Notes: a model not told the origin generated them from the letters alone. Numbered from the stretch's first letter, positions 36,983-48,100 are shown. The stretch is 64,000 nucleotides of DNA from Nakamurella sp. (GCA_039916325.1 JBDSLP010000168.1:1100-65099); one strand, 5' to 3'. Program-made: numbers and translations.

Positions 36983-38167
36983 TCAGGCCGGGGTGAGCGC
37001 GACGCGCAAAATTCGGTCGTCCCCGTCGTGCGGGTCTCCGCGGCCATCCGTGTTATTGGTGAGGATCCACAGCGTGCCGTCGGGGGCGACGACGACGTCG
37101 CGAAGACGGCCGTACCTTCCGTCGTAGTACTCGGTCGATCCGGACGGGTCGTCGACGGGCACTGCGCGGAGGCGGGCGCCCCGCAGATTGGCGATGAAGA
37201 TGGTGTCCCCGGCGATGGTGATGCCACTCGGGCTGGCCTCGTCGGTGGGCCACTGCTGGACCGGATCGACGAAGCGGGAATCTCCGGCGATCCCCTCGAC
37301 CGTCGGCCAGCCGTAATTCGCGCCGGGCTGGATCCGGTTCAGCTCGTCCCAGGTGTCCTGACCGAACTCGGCCGCCCAGAGCTGTCCGGCGGAGTCCCAC
37401 GCCAGTCCCTGCGGATTGCGGTGCCCCAACGAGTACATCGGGTTCCCGGCGATCGGATTGTCGGCCGGCACCGCGCCGGCCGGGGTCAGCCGGAGGATCT
37501 TGCCGTTCAGCGAGTTCGGGTCCTGCGGGGTGTCCCGCTGCTGAGCGTCGCCGGTGGTCACGTAGAGCATCCCGTCCGGACCGAAGGCGATGCGGCCGCC
37601 GTTGTGGGTGCTGTTCTTGGTGATCCCGCCGAACACGTCCTCGACAGGCCCGAGTCCGTAGCCGCCGGCGCTGCCGGTGAGCGGGTAGCGCACGATCCGG
37701 TTGTCGTCGGCGGCGGTGACGTAGGCGTACAGGTAGGTCGGCGTCCCGGCCGGATAGGTGGCCAGCCCCAGCAGACCGCCCTCGCCCCCGGGTTGGACAC
37801 CGTCGACGACCCCGACCTCACGGGTGCCATCCGGGGTGAGCTCACGGATCGTCGCGGTGTCCCGCTCGGACACGAGTGCGGTATCTCCCACGAACACCAC
37901 CGACCACGGTGCGGCCAGGCCCGTCTGCACGTCGAGAGGGTCGCCGGACGGCTGTTGGGGGCCGGTCATCAGCTGCGTCGAGGGCGTGGTCGGCACATCC
38001 GAACCGGTCGGATCGGCCGTGCCCACCACCGAGCCCGTCACGGTCCGGGTAGCCGGGCCCGCCGCGGACGGCGACGGAGCGGCGGTGGGGGTCGAGCAGG
38101 CCACCATCCCGACCAGTGCGCCGACCACCAGCAGGGGGACGGTCCGTCGCGCCCGGGTCGCAGTCAT
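36983..38167 (-). CDS. PQQ-dependent soluble sugar (glucose/sorbosone) dehydrogenase-like lipoprotein
   Basis: Lipobox LVGMVAC after ATG 38167. GLLGLA, HNGGRIAFGPDG, GHRNPQGLAWD, NYGWP and PSG beta-propeller motifs. Confidence 0.8.
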   Translation of the reverse strand: MTATRARRTVPLLVVGALVGMVACSTPTAAPSPSAAGPATRTVTGSVVGTADPTGSDVPTTPSTQLMTGPQQPSGDPLDVQTGLAAPWSVVFVGDTALVSERDTATIRELTPDGTREVGVVDGVQPGGEGGLLGLATYPAGTPTYLYAYVTAADDNRIVRYPLTGSAGGYGLGPVEDVFGGITKNSTHNGGRIAFGPDGMLYVTTGDAQQRDTPQDPNSLNGKILRLTPAGAVPADNPIAGNPMYSLGHRNPQGLAWDSAGQLWAAEFGQDTWDELNRIQPGANYGWPTVEGIAGDSRFVDPVQQWPTDEASPSGITIAGDTIFIANLRGARLRAVPVDDPSGSTEYYDGRYGRLRDVVVAPDGTLWILTNNTDGRGDPHDGDDRILRVALTPA

Positions 38168-38304
38168 GACTCCACCGTGCCGACGGTGAGCGGAACTGTC
38201 AAAGGCCCGGTCGGGGCCGGGAATGGGAATCGACGTCCCGAGGTTGAGAGCGTGGGCGGGGTCCGACGCGGGCACTACCCGATGGACACGTCACGAGGAG
38301 GCCC

Positions 38305-39723
38305 ATGACCACCACATCCACCACCCACGGCGAGGTGCGCGGGGTCGGCTTCCGTTCCGACCGCGGGCCGATCCTCATCGCACTGATGCTGAGCACCTCG
38401 CTGGTCGCGCTGGACTCGACGATCATCGCCACCGCGGTGCCGTCGGTGGTGGCCAGCCTCGGCGGCTTCACCTCGTTCCCCTGGTTGTTCTCGATCTACC
38501 TTCTGGCCCAGGCGGTCTCGGTACCGATCTACGGGCGCTGCGCGGATCTGTTCGGCCGCAAGCCGGTCATCTTCCTGGGCATCGGGCTGTTCCTGCTCGG
38601 CTCGATCCTGTGTGGCGTCGCCTGGAGCATGCCCGCCCTGATCGCGTTCCGGGCGCTCCAGGGTCTCGGCGCCGGCGCCGTCCAGCCCATCGCCATGACC
38701 ATCGCCGGTGACATCTACACCGTCGCCGAGCGGGCCCGGGTGCAGGGTTATCTGGCCAGCGTCTGGGCCATCTCGGCGGTCGTCGGTCCGACCCTGGGTG
38801 GCGTGTTCTCCGAGTGGATCTCGTGGCGCTGGATCTTCTTCGTCAACATCCCGTTCTGCCTGCTGGCCGCTCTGCTGCTGGCCCGCAACTTCCGCGAGAC
38901 GGTGACCCGGACCCCACACACTCTCGACATCCTCGGGGCCGTCCTGCTCACCGTCGGATGTGCGCTGCTGATCCTCGGACTGCTCGAGGGTGGTCAGGCC
39001 TGGGCCTGGAACTCGGCGCCCAGCCTGCTGGCGCTCATCGTCGGACCGCTGCTGCTGGTCGGGTTCGTGCTCGTGGAGCGGGTCGCGGCCGAGCCGATCC
39101 TGCCGCTCTGGGTGCTGCGACGACGCCTGCTGGTGGCGACCAGTGCCGGCACCTTCCTGGTCGGGGCGGTGCTGCTCGGCTTGACGTCCTACGTGCCCAC
39201 CTACGTTCAGACGTCGCTCGGCACGGGTCCACTGACGGCGGGCTTCGCACTGGCCACGCTGACCCTGGGCTGGCCGATCGCGGCCAGCCTGAGCGGGCGG
39301 CTGTACTTACGGATCGGTTTCCGCGACACCGGCCTGATCGGCGTGGTGGTGATCATCGGCGGGGCCTTCGGCACCACCACGCTGGGAACGTCGTCCGCGG
39401 TGTGGCAGGTCGGCGTCTACTGCTTCCTGGTCGGCCTGGGAATGGGGCTGGTCGCGAGCCCGTCCCTCATCGCCGCCCAGTCCAGCGTCGGCTGGACCGA
39501 CCGTGGAGTGGTCACCGGTACCAACATGTTCGCGCGTTCGGTGGGCAGTGCGGTCGGCGTGGCGCTGTTCGGTGCGATCGCCAACGCGAGCCTCGGCGGC
39601 GGCGAGCCGACGGCCGTGACCATCAGCACCGCGTCCCATCAGGTCTTCCTCGTAGGTGCCGGACTCGCGGTCCTGATGGCGGTGGCGGTGGCGTTCATCC
39701 CGCGCAAGGTCGCCATCGCGTGA
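38305..39723 (+). CDS. MFS transporter, DHA2-like (14-TM drug:H+ antiporter type)
   Basis: 472 aa with LDSTIIATAVPS, GRCADLFGRKP and ALQGLGAG motifs. Confidence 0.85.
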   Translation: MTTTSTTHGEVRGVGFRSDRGPILIALMLSTSLVALDSTIIATAVPSVVASLGGFTSFPWLFSIYLLAQAVSVPIYGRCADLFGRKPVIFLGIGLFLLGSILCGVAWSMPALIAFRALQGLGAGAVQPIAMTIAGDIYTVAERARVQGYLASVWAISAVVGPTLGGVFSEWISWRWIFFVNIPFCLLAALLLARNFRETVTRTPHTLDILGAVLLTVGCALLILGLLEGGQAWAWNSAPSLLALIVGPLLLVGFVLVERVAAEPILPLWVLRRRLLVATSAGTFLVGAVLLGLTSYVPTYVQTSLGTGPLTAGFALATLTLGWPIAASLSGRLYLRIGFRDTGLIGVVVIIGGAFGTTTLGTSSAVWQVGVYCFLVGLGMGLVASPSLIAAQSSVGWTDRGVVTGTNMFARSVGSAVGVALFGAIANASLGGGEPTAVTISTASHQVFLVGAGLAVLMAVAVAFIPRKVAIA

Positions 39724-39727
39724 CCCG

Positions 39728-42133
39728 TCAGGCCCGCGCGGTGAGCAGCTCCCCGATCGCGGCCTGAAGTGGGGCCGGCACCCCCCGCGCCGCGAGCTCG
39801 GTCAGCACCGACGCCGGGGTGCCCTCCTCGAGACGCCGCCAGAGGTCGGCCTTCTCGTCCAGACCGTAGTGAGCCCGCATCAACAGGTCGAACAGCCGCC
39901 CGGCGACGTCGGTGGTGACGGGAAACAAGCCGGGTCCGAAGACCACCTCGACGGTTGCTCCGACAGGGACGTCGGTGATCTCCACGGTGCTGCGACCGGC
40001 CTCGATCGCGACCCTTGCCGGGGCGTCACCCACCCGCACCTCGCCGACATCGGCCACGCCGACCAGCGTCACCGACCAGGTCCGGGTGGCCGGCACGACG
40101 TCGATGGAACCGGCGGCCGGGTGCACGGTCAGCGTTCCGGTCGCCTGGTTCCAGTCGATCCGGGTGGTCGCCGTGGGGATGTCGGCCGGCTCGGCGCCGG
40201 TGCCATCATCCTCGATGAGGATGAAGGTGCCGTCCGCGCCGGGCGCGACCATGATCTCCAGCCCGGCGGGGTTGACGGTGGCGTCGGTCTGGTCCGGCGC
40301 GGCCAGCGGCACGATACCGCCGGCTCGAATCAGCACCGGGACCGAGGTGCCGTCGCGGTGCAGCAGGGCCTCGCGTCCGCCGTCGTAGGCCACCCCGGTG
40401 AGCAGGTCGATCCACACCCCGGCGGGCAGCCAAGCCCGGACCGATCCGAGTTGGGTCACCGAATCGGTGGGGGTGGTGATCGGTGCGACGACCAGCTCGG
40501 TGCCGAAGCCGAACTCGTTGGGCACGTTGTAGGCCTCGTCCTCGCCCGGGTACAGGTGGTACATCGGCCGGACGAGCGGAGATCCGTCGGTGGCCGCGAG
40601 GTGGTTCATCGAGTGCAGGTAGGGCACCAGGCGGTGCCGCAGCCGGAGCGCGTCCCCGAGGGCGGCGCGCACTTCGGGGCCATAGCACCACGGCTCCTTC
40701 ACGACGAACGGGTTGCTCGCCGAGTGCAGCCGCAGGATCGGCGAGAACACCCCGAGCTGGACCCAGCGCAGCAGCAGCTCAGGATCGTAGGTGCCCTTGA
40801 AGTGACCGCCGACGTCGTGGCTCCACCAGCCGTAACCGATGTTGGACGCCGTCGCGGTGAACTCCGGCTGGAAGTGCAGCGACGCCCACGAGATGATCGT
40901 GTCGCCGGAGAAGCCGACCGGGTAACGGTGGCTGCCGGGGCCGGCATACCGGGAGAACGTGAGTGGTCGCCGTCCCGACTTCGCCGAGTCCAGATAGTGG
41001 AAGTGGTTGAGCATCCACAGCGGGTCGATGCCGGGCACCCTGGAGTGCGGGCCCGACTGCCAGTCCAACCACCAGAAGTCGACCCCCTCGTCCTCCAGAC
41101 GGCGGTGCACGACCTCGAAGTAGGCGGCGAGGAAGTCCCGGTCGGTGACGTCGAACGAGATGGGCGCCTCGTCTGCGGTGTCCCGGCCCAGCGCCTGCGC
41201 CAACGCCGGATAGGCGTCCTCGAAGGCCCGGATCCCGTCGGCGGGGTGCACGTTCAACGTGGTGCGCAGTCCCCGGCGGTGCAGATCGGCCAGGAACGCA
41301 GCCGGGTCCGGGAACAGCTTCCGGTTCCAGGTGTAGCCGGTCCAACCGCTGCCGAAGCGGTCGGGCACGTCATCGACGAGATGCCAGTCCATGTCGATGA
41401 CGGCGACCGAGAACGGCAGTGCCTCGGCCTCGAAGCGGTCGTGTAGGGCCAGATACCCGTCCGCGGTGTAGGCGTGGTAGCGGCTCCACCAGTTGCCCAG
41501 CGCCCACCGGGGCAACACCGGCTGCGGACCGGACAGCGCGTAGAACGCACGGAGGGCATCGGTGTGGTCCAGCCCGTAGGCGAAGACGTACAGGTCGACG
41601 TTGCCGCCGGGTCGCGGCTCGACCCAGCCGTCCTCGGTGAAGAGGAACGACTCCGAGTCGTCGAGGGCGGCGAACCCTCGGCGGGACACCACGCCGGGTT
41701 CCAACGGCGTGCGGCCGTCGACGAAGTCCAGGGTGCGCGCGGTGCCGCGCAGGTCCGGCACCGGCTCGCCGTAGCGCCAGACCGAGTGGTAACTGGTCAG
41801 GTTGCCGCGGACCTGCAGAGACAGGCCGGCGGCGCTGAACGGCCCCCGGTCGTAGGTCAGGTGGAAGCGATCGGTGACGACCTCGAGCGCGGTGTCGGTC
41901 TCGGTGACGGTGAAGCGCGGGACGGTGAGGTCCCGGTGCTGGGCCAGGGTCGAGGCCCGGTCCACGAAAGTGCCGCTCGGTGCCCACTCCAGCCGGACCA
42001 GACCCGCGGTCAGCACCGTGATCCGGTACTGATCGCCGACGATCATCGCCGACGGATCGGCGCGTGGGGTCGGGGCGGCGTGACCGGTGGGCCGGAAGTC
42101 GTAACTCTCGGACGGGCGGGGACCTGACGACAC
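39728..42133 (-). CDS. Glycoside hydrolase family 31 (alpha-glucosidase/alpha-xylosidase-like)
   Basis: 801 aa with VIDMDWH, GVDFWWLDWQ and WSHDVGGH, the GH31 catalytic-region motifs. Confidence 0.85.
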   Translation of the reverse strand: MSSGPRPSESYDFRPTGHAAPTPRADPSAMIVGDQYRITVLTAGLVRLEWAPSGTFVDRASTLAQHRDLTVPRFTVTETDTALEVVTDRFHLTYDRGPFSAAGLSLQVRGNLTSYHSVWRYGEPVPDLRGTARTLDFVDGRTPLEPGVVSRRGFAALDDSESFLFTEDGWVEPRPGGNVDLYVFAYGLDHTDALRAFYALSGPQPVLPRWALGNWWSRYHAYTADGYLALHDRFEAEALPFSVAVIDMDWHLVDDVPDRFGSGWTGYTWNRKLFPDPAAFLADLHRRGLRTTLNVHPADGIRAFEDAYPALAQALGRDTADEAPISFDVTDRDFLAAYFEVVHRRLEDEGVDFWWLDWQSGPHSRVPGIDPLWMLNHFHYLDSAKSGRRPLTFSRYAGPGSHRYPVGFSGDTIISWASLHFQPEFTATASNIGYGWWSHDVGGHFKGTYDPELLLRWVQLGVFSPILRLHSASNPFVVKEPWCYGPEVRAALGDALRLRHRLVPYLHSMNHLAATDGSPLVRPMYHLYPGEDEAYNVPNEFGFGTELVVAPITTPTDSVTQLGSVRAWLPAGVWIDLLTGVAYDGGREALLHRDGTSVPVLIRAGGIVPLAAPDQTDATVNPAGLEIMVAPGADGTFILIEDDGTGAEPADIPTATTRIDWNQATGTLTVHPAAGSIDVVPATRTWSVTLVGVADVGEVRVGDAPARVAIEAGRSTVEITDVPVGATVEVVFGPGLFPVTTDVAGRLFDLLMRAHYGLDEKADLWRRLEEGTPASVLTELAARGVPAPLQAAIGELLTARA

Positions 42134-42243
42134 GTCGGGATCCTTCCTGCTGCTGGCGCGACGTACGGTGTGCGCGGTCAGATCCGCGGACGGCGTCGAA
42201 CCTACCCGGGGATCGGTGGATTCCCCGGATGGGTTCGGTGCGG

Positions 42244-43161
42244 TCAGCTGACCTGGATGACGACCTTGCCTTTGGCGTGGCCGATCTCGACCGCGGCCAG
42301 CGCCTCGGCCGCCTTGCCCAACGGCAGGATGTCCTCGACCTTGGCGTCGAGCTTTCCGTCGGCGACCATCGCCGCGACGATATCGAGCACCCGGCTGGAG
42401 CCGTCGCGCTGCATCGGGTGGCCGCCGAGCTCGCCGGCGGTGGCCGGATCACCGGCGGTGATGAGCTTCGTGCGGTCGGCGAGCAGGGGAGCGACCGCAC
42501 GGAGACCGGCGCCACCGGCGAGGTCGAAGATGGCGTCGACGGCCGGCATGATGGCCGCCACCCGTTCGGCGACCCCGTCGCCGTAGGCGACGAAGATGGC
42601 ACCGAACGATTCGACGAGGGCCTGCTTGTCCGCGCCGGCGATGCCGATCACGGTGAGGCCCTGATCGCGCGCGATCTGGGCGGCCGCCACTCCGACGCCG
42701 CCGCTGGCCCCGTTGACGAGCAGGGTCTGGCCTGCGGTGAGGCCCAGCTGGACGACACCGTCGTAGCCGGTCGCCGCAGCCACGGTCAGGGTGGCCGCGT
42801 CGGTGAACGAGACGTGGACCGGCTTCTTCGCACTCCCGGTGGCGGTCAGCAGGGTCATCTCGGTGTAGCCGCCGGACCCTGGGGCGACCGCGCCGAACAC
42901 CTCGTCGCCGACGCTGAATCCCTCGACGTCACCACCGACCTCGCGAACGACACCGCTGACCTCCGAGCCCAGGACCAGCGGGAAGTGCACCGGCTCCGGG
43001 GCCGGGAACAGACCGGAGCGGATCTTCCAGTCGGCGGGGTTGACGCCGGCCGCGCGGACCTCCACCAACATTTCGCCGGGCAAGGGCGAAGGGGTGTCGA
43101 GTTCGACGAACTCGCCCACCTCGGGACCGCCGAAGGACTGGAATCCGAATGCTGTGACCAT
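42244..43161 (-). CDS. NADP-dependent MDR-family oxidoreductase (quinone-oxidoreductase-like)
   Basis: 305 aa with AAGVNPADWKIRSG and VNGASGGVGVAAAQIA. Confidence 0.85.
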   Translation of the reverse strand: MVTAFGFQSFGGPEVGEFVELDTPSPLPGEMLVEVRAAGVNPADWKIRSGLFPAPEPVHFPLVLGSEVSGVVREVGGDVEGFSVGDEVFGAVAPGSGGYTEMTLLTATGSAKKPVHVSFTDAATLTVAAATGYDGVVQLGLTAGQTLLVNGASGGVGVAAAQIARDQGLTVIGIAGADKQALVESFGAIFVAYGDGVAERVAAIMPAVDAIFDLAGGAGLRAVAPLLADRTKLITAGDPATAGELGGHPMQRDGSSRVLDIVAAMVADGKLDAKVEDILPLGKAAEALAAVEIGHAKGKVVIQVS

Positions 43162-43210
43162 GATTTCCTCTCGTGGGGCGGCCGCGCCGTGACGCGGGAG
43201 CCTGATGCCG

Positions 43211-43274
43211 GGTGCTCGGTGACGCAGGTGCTCGGTGACGCAGGTGCTGGGTGACGCGGGTGCTCGGTGATGCC
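43211..43274. repeat. Tandem 16-bp repeat GGTGCTCGGTGACGCA x4 (two perfect, two degenerate)
   Basis: Read directly: ggtgctcggtgacgca ggtgctcggtgacgca ggtgctgggtgacgcg ggtgctcggtgatgcc. Lies between the recD stop and the oxidoreductase start. Confidence 0.9.
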
Positions 43275-43288
43275 GGGACGACGGGACT

Positions 43289-45151
43289 TCAGCGCCCGGC
43301 GGCCAGCCGTTCCCGAAGCCCGGACGCCCGCGCCGCCCGCCGGTCGATGGCTTCCCGGAACGCGTCCTCGGTGCCGAGGAGGCGGACGTGTCCCCGGGCC
43401 CGGGTGAGCGCGGTGTAGAGCATCTCGCGGGTCAGCAGTGGCGAGTCCGGTTCGGGCAGCACCAGCGTGACGTGGTCGAACTGGCTGCCCTGGCTGCGGT
43501 GCACGGTCATCGCGTGCACGGTCTGCAGTCCGGCCAGCCGGCTCGGGGCGAACGTCACGACCTGACCGTGGCGCCGGAACGCGACCCGCAGGTCAGCGCC
43601 GGTGGTACCGCCGGGCCCACCGGCCGCGACGACCACCCCGGTGTCACCGTTGTACAGGCCGAGCAGGTAGTCGTTCGCGGTGACCAGGACGGGGCGCCCG
43701 AGGTACCACTCCGCCTGGTGCGTGGCGCTGCGGGACGCGGCGAGCCAGCGCTCGATGCGCCGGCTCCACTCCTCGACCCCGTACGGTCCGGTCCGGTGCG
43801 CGCAGAGCACCCGGTGCCGGTCCAGTGCGTGCAGCGCGGCCACCGCGTCGCCGGCAGAGGCGGCGTCCCGGAGGCCGGTCGCCGACGTGACGACGTCGGT
43901 CCGCACGTCGTGGAGATCATCGCCGGCATCGGGATCGACGAAGGACACGTCGTCGAGGTCGCTCAGCAGGATGTCCAGGGCTTCGTCGGCGTCACCGTCC
44001 CGGACGGCGTGGGCGAGTTGGGCGATCCCGCCCTCGAAGCGGTGGATCCGGGTCAGCAGCACGACCCCACTGCCCTGCTGCCCGTCCGAGGTGGCGGTCG
44101 GGGTCCGTTGTTCGCGCTCGGCCAGCCCGGCGACCAGGTCGGCCAGTACCGCACCCGCCTCGACGGACGCCAGCTGGTCAGGATCGCCGACCAGGATGAG
44201 CCGGGCCTGCGGCCGGACCGCGTCAAGCAGCCGGGCCATCATCGTCAGCGACACCATCGAGGTCTCGTCGACCACGATGATGTCGAAGGGCAGCCGGTTG
44301 TCGTGGTGGTGGGTGAAACGCGTGCCGAAGCCGCCGCGGGAGCCCAGCAGCCGGTGGAGGGTCGATGCGGTCAGGGTGCCGAGGCGATCCCGTTCGACGG
44401 CGGGGAACTGCTGCTGGACCTCCTGGACGGCCTCCTGCATCCGAGCGGCGGCCTTGCCGGTCGGTGCGGCCAGCGCAACCCGCAGCGGGGGGCCGGGCTG
44501 GTCGAGCAGCACGGCCAACAGGCGGGCGATCGTGGTGGTCTTGCCGGTCCCCGGGCCGCCGCCCAGAACCGTCGTCCAGCGTTGGGCCGCGACGTCGGCC
44601 GCCTGCCGTTGTTCACCGGGTCCCGGGAAGTGCCGGTCCAGGGCGGCGGTGAGACGAGCGGGGTCGACGGGCGGTGGCGGCTGGGTGGCCCGCGCGAGCA
44701 GGTCGAAACAGACCTGAATCTCCTGCCGCCAGTAGCGGTCGAGGTAGAGCAGGTCCAGATCCCACCGCAGCGGCCCGTTGCCGGTGGTCAGGACGCTGGC
44801 CTGGACCACCTCGTACCAGTCGTCCAGGTCCGGCCAGGGCAGCTCGGGGTCGATCCGGAGTTGTTCGCCGAGGTCGATACAGACCGACCCCTGCCGCAAC
44901 CCGCGGACCGCGAGAGCTACGGCCAGCAGCACGGTCTCGCCCGTTTCGCCACCCAGGCGCCCGACGCTGGTGGCGACGTGGACGTCGGCGGCGGTGATCA
45001 CCCCGGCCTCGTTGAACGTTGCCATCAGGCCGGTGGCCCCCAGCGCGCGCGACGAGTCCCACGGGTCGATCGGCCGATCGTCAGCGGTCGCACGTGCCCC
45101 GGTCACCGCTCCGTCGGCCCTCCCGGTCCGGGCCACCTCCGGCCCGGTCAT
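43289..45151 (-). CDS. recD: Exodeoxyribonuclease V alpha subunit RecD
   Basis: GGPGTGKTTT Walker A, IIVVDETSMV, C-terminal AMTVHRSQGSQF. ATGA overlap with the recB stop. Confidence 0.9.
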   Translation of the reverse strand: MTGPEVARTGRADGAVTGARATADDRPIDPWDSSRALGATGLMATFNEAGVITAADVHVATSVGRLGGETGETVLLAVALAVRGLRQGSVCIDLGEQLRIDPELPWPDLDDWYEVVQASVLTTGNGPLRWDLDLLYLDRYWRQEIQVCFDLLARATQPPPPVDPARLTAALDRHFPGPGEQRQAADVAAQRWTTVLGGGPGTGKTTTIARLLAVLLDQPGPPLRVALAAPTGKAAARMQEAVQEVQQQFPAVERDRLGTLTASTLHRLLGSRGGFGTRFTHHHDNRLPFDIIVVDETSMVSLTMMARLLDAVRPQARLILVGDPDQLASVEAGAVLADLVAGLAEREQRTPTATSDGQQGSGVVLLTRIHRFEGGIAQLAHAVRDGDADEALDILLSDLDDVSFVDPDAGDDLHDVRTDVVTSATGLRDAASAGDAVAALHALDRHRVLCAHRTGPYGVEEWSRRIERWLAASRSATHQAEWYLGRPVLVTANDYLLGLYNGDTGVVVAAGGPGGTTGADLRVAFRRHGQVVTFAPSRLAGLQTVHAMTVHRSQGSQFDHVTLVLPEPDSPLLTREMLYTALTRARGHVRLLGTEDAFREAIDRRAARASGLRERLAAGR

Positions 45152-48100
45152 CGGTTCGCCCCCGCGGCGGTGCCGACGGCGTTCCCGTCGAGCAGGTCGG
45201 ACAACGCGACCACCAGCTCGGCCGGTGGCCGCCACCCGAAGACACCGCTGACCCGGCCGTCGACCACCGGGGTGTCCGGGCCGCACATGCCCCGCACGTA
45301 GAGATAGAGCACGCCACCCAGATGCTCCTCCGGTCGGTAGTCGGGCTGGCGCCACCGCAGGTAGCGGTGCAGCGCGACGCAGTAGAGCATGGCCTGCAGC
45401 GGATAGTCCGACTGCGCCATCACCCGGTCCAGCGCGTCCGGACGGTAGTGCCAGGCGGTCAGCGGGGTGTCCGGGCCCTCGCCCAGCCAGTTCGTCTTGT
45501 AGTCCGCCACCAGGTATCGGGGTCCGGGGAGGCGGACGACCAGGTCGAGGCTGCCGGTGAGGTAGCCGCGGAGGGGCTGCCCACCGAGTTCGGGGGTCTC
45601 CAGCCGATCGGCGTAGCCCAGCAAAGGATCGTCCGCGGGCAGGTACCGGCGGAGTAACGGCGCCATCTCCACGAGCCGTACCTCCGCATCGATCCGGTCG
45701 CCACCGGCGAGCGGGAGCTCGAAGTCCAGCTCGGCGAGCCGGTCGCCGACCGGGATGTCGGCCAGCGTCCGGCCGTCGACCAGCGGCCCCATCGGCGTCC
45801 GCAGCACCGGTACCAGCGCGGCGGCCAGTTCGTCGGCGACGACGAGACCGGGGTGTCGGCTGACCTCGTCCTGACACCGCATCAGCAGCTCGGCGTCGAG
45901 GTCGGACGCCATCGGATCGACGTGTTCCAGGACGGCGTGCACGAGGGTACCGAACCCGGTGCCCTTGGGAAGTGCCGCCATCGGCGAGGGCAGGTCGTCG
46001 TCGGCATGATCGTCGGCGAGCACCAGCACGGGCAGGCTCTCGTCCTCCCGTTCCCCGGTCTCCGGTTCGCTCGTCACCTCGGGGCTGGTCACCGTGGCAC
46101 CGGGGACGTGATCGGCGGCGGCCGACAACGCGCTGTACGAGGTGCGCCGCCAGACGACGTCGAGCTCCCGGCGGAAGCGGCCGACCGACATCGCCGGCAG
46201 CGCCGCGGGCGGCGGCGTCTCGGGCGGGACATCGACGAACAGCGCCGGCTCCACGGTCGGTCCGCCGGCCGCGGCGAGAGTGACGAACCGCTGGTGCGCC
46301 TCGACGTCCCCGACCGCCGGCGCGACGTCGGGCACCGCCGCCTGACCCGGAGTACGCCCGAAGATCAGCCGGTGCAGAGCTGACGACCAGGTGGTGGCCG
46401 TCGGTGCCCACCACAACACGACCTGGCTCTGGGCTCGGGTTACTCCGACGTAGAACAGGCGCAGCGACTCCCCCGCCGCCTCGGCCGCGGCCCGCCGTTC
46501 CCGCTCGGGCCGGCCGGTCGAGCCGGTGCCACCGACGTCGAGGATCCGGTCACCGTGGGCGTCGTGCAACAGCAGGATGCCGGGCTCGCCGACCCAACGG
46601 TCGAACGCGAAAGGCAGGTAGACGACCGGGTATTCCAGCCCCTTGCTGGCGTGCAGGGTCAGCACCTGCACCGCGGCGGCGTCACTCTCCAAGCGCCGGG
46701 TCCGTTCGGCGGCGGTGTCCTTGGCCGCCTCGAGACGACGACCGCGCAGCCACTCGACCAGGGCGGCAAGCCCGAGCCCGCCATCGACGGCCGCGGCGTG
46801 CAGCGACTGCCCGACGTGCCGCAGGTCGGTCAGCCGGCGCTCCCCGTTGCGACGTCGGAGAACCCGCTCGCCGAGGCCGAGCTCCGACACCGTCTCCAAC
46901 AGCGCCGCGACGCCGCGACGGGTGACGAGATCGGCCCATTGCCGCAGTTGCCCGCCATCGGCGTCGGTGAGCTCCTCACCGCCGGTGGCCAGCTCGGCGG
47001 CAGAGCGGCCGATGAACGGGGTGAGCGCGGCGGCCCGGACCCGGTCCGAACGGTGCGGTTGTTCCAGCGCCTCCAACAGCACCAGCCACTCGTCGGCGGC
47101 CGGGGTGGCGAAGACGCTGCCACTACCGGCGACGACAGCGGGAACGCCCCGCGCGAGCAGCGCTTTCTGCACCATGGCCGCCTGGGCGTGGGTGGCGACG
47201 AGAACGGCGACCTGGCCCGCGACCAGCGGCCTGCCGTCGAAGGTCGCCCCGGAGGTCAGCAGGGCCGCGACGTCGATGGCGAGGTCCTTGGCGACGAAGG
47301 GCCTCACCTTGGCGATCGGTATCCGGGTGGAGCCGGCCTCCCCGAACTGCTCGCGGCGGATGACCCGCAGCCGGCACGGCGCCGGTCTGGGTGCCCCGGC
47401 CAACCGTGACCCGGGATGCTGCGCGACGACCGGCCGCACCACGATTCGTTCGTCGCCGAGCGCGGCCTCGCCCAGGAGGACCTGGAGACTGTCGATCAGC
47501 GGGGCGTCGCTGCGGAAATTACGCCTCAGCGTCGACTGCCCGGCGGCTCCGGCGGCCGCCGCAAGGTAGGTCGCGACGTCCCCGCCGCGGAAGGCGTAGA
47601 TGGCTTGCTTCGGGTCACCGATCAGGATCAGCGTCGACGCACCCGAGAAGGCCAGGCTGAGCACCTGCCACTGGACCGGATCGGTGTCCTGGAACTCGTC
47701 GACCAGCACGAACTTCCAGCGGGCGCGCATCCGCTCCCGGGCGGCGCGGTGCTGCGGACCGAGGACCGCGGCGAGTCGGCTGAGCAGATCGTCGTAACCG
47801 AGGATGCCGCGGTCCTGTTTGCGCCGGTCGACCTCTTTACGGACGCCGATGGCGAACCGCCGTCGCAAGCCGGCCGGGCTCGCCGGGTCGGCGTCGGCGG
47901 GCTCGAGCCGGGTCGCCGGATCACCGATGGCCGCTCGGCCGAGGGTCAACGCCTCGGCGTAGTCGAACAAGGGCGCGTCGGCCCGGGCGTGCCCGAAGCC
48001 GCGGATGTACAGATCCTCGACCACCTCGACCACGAGCTCGTCCAGGTCCTCGACGAGTTGGGCGCTCGCGTCGGTGTCCCCGGCGACCCCGAGTCCGGTG

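Noticed and set aside
43211-43274. Possible CRISPR array (also considered for 9845-9880 and 19941-20249)
   Set aside because: The repeats are directly abutting with no unique spacers, the units are only 9-16 bp (or lie within a coding linker), and there are no cas genes in the window.
43388-45301. 637-aa plus-strand ORF opposite recD (and similar long ORFs opposite recB/recC, e.g. 47416..48693, 49272..50666)
   Set aside because: These are shadow ORFs antisense to genes with unmistakable RecBCD helicase/nuclease motifs. They have no motifs of their own.
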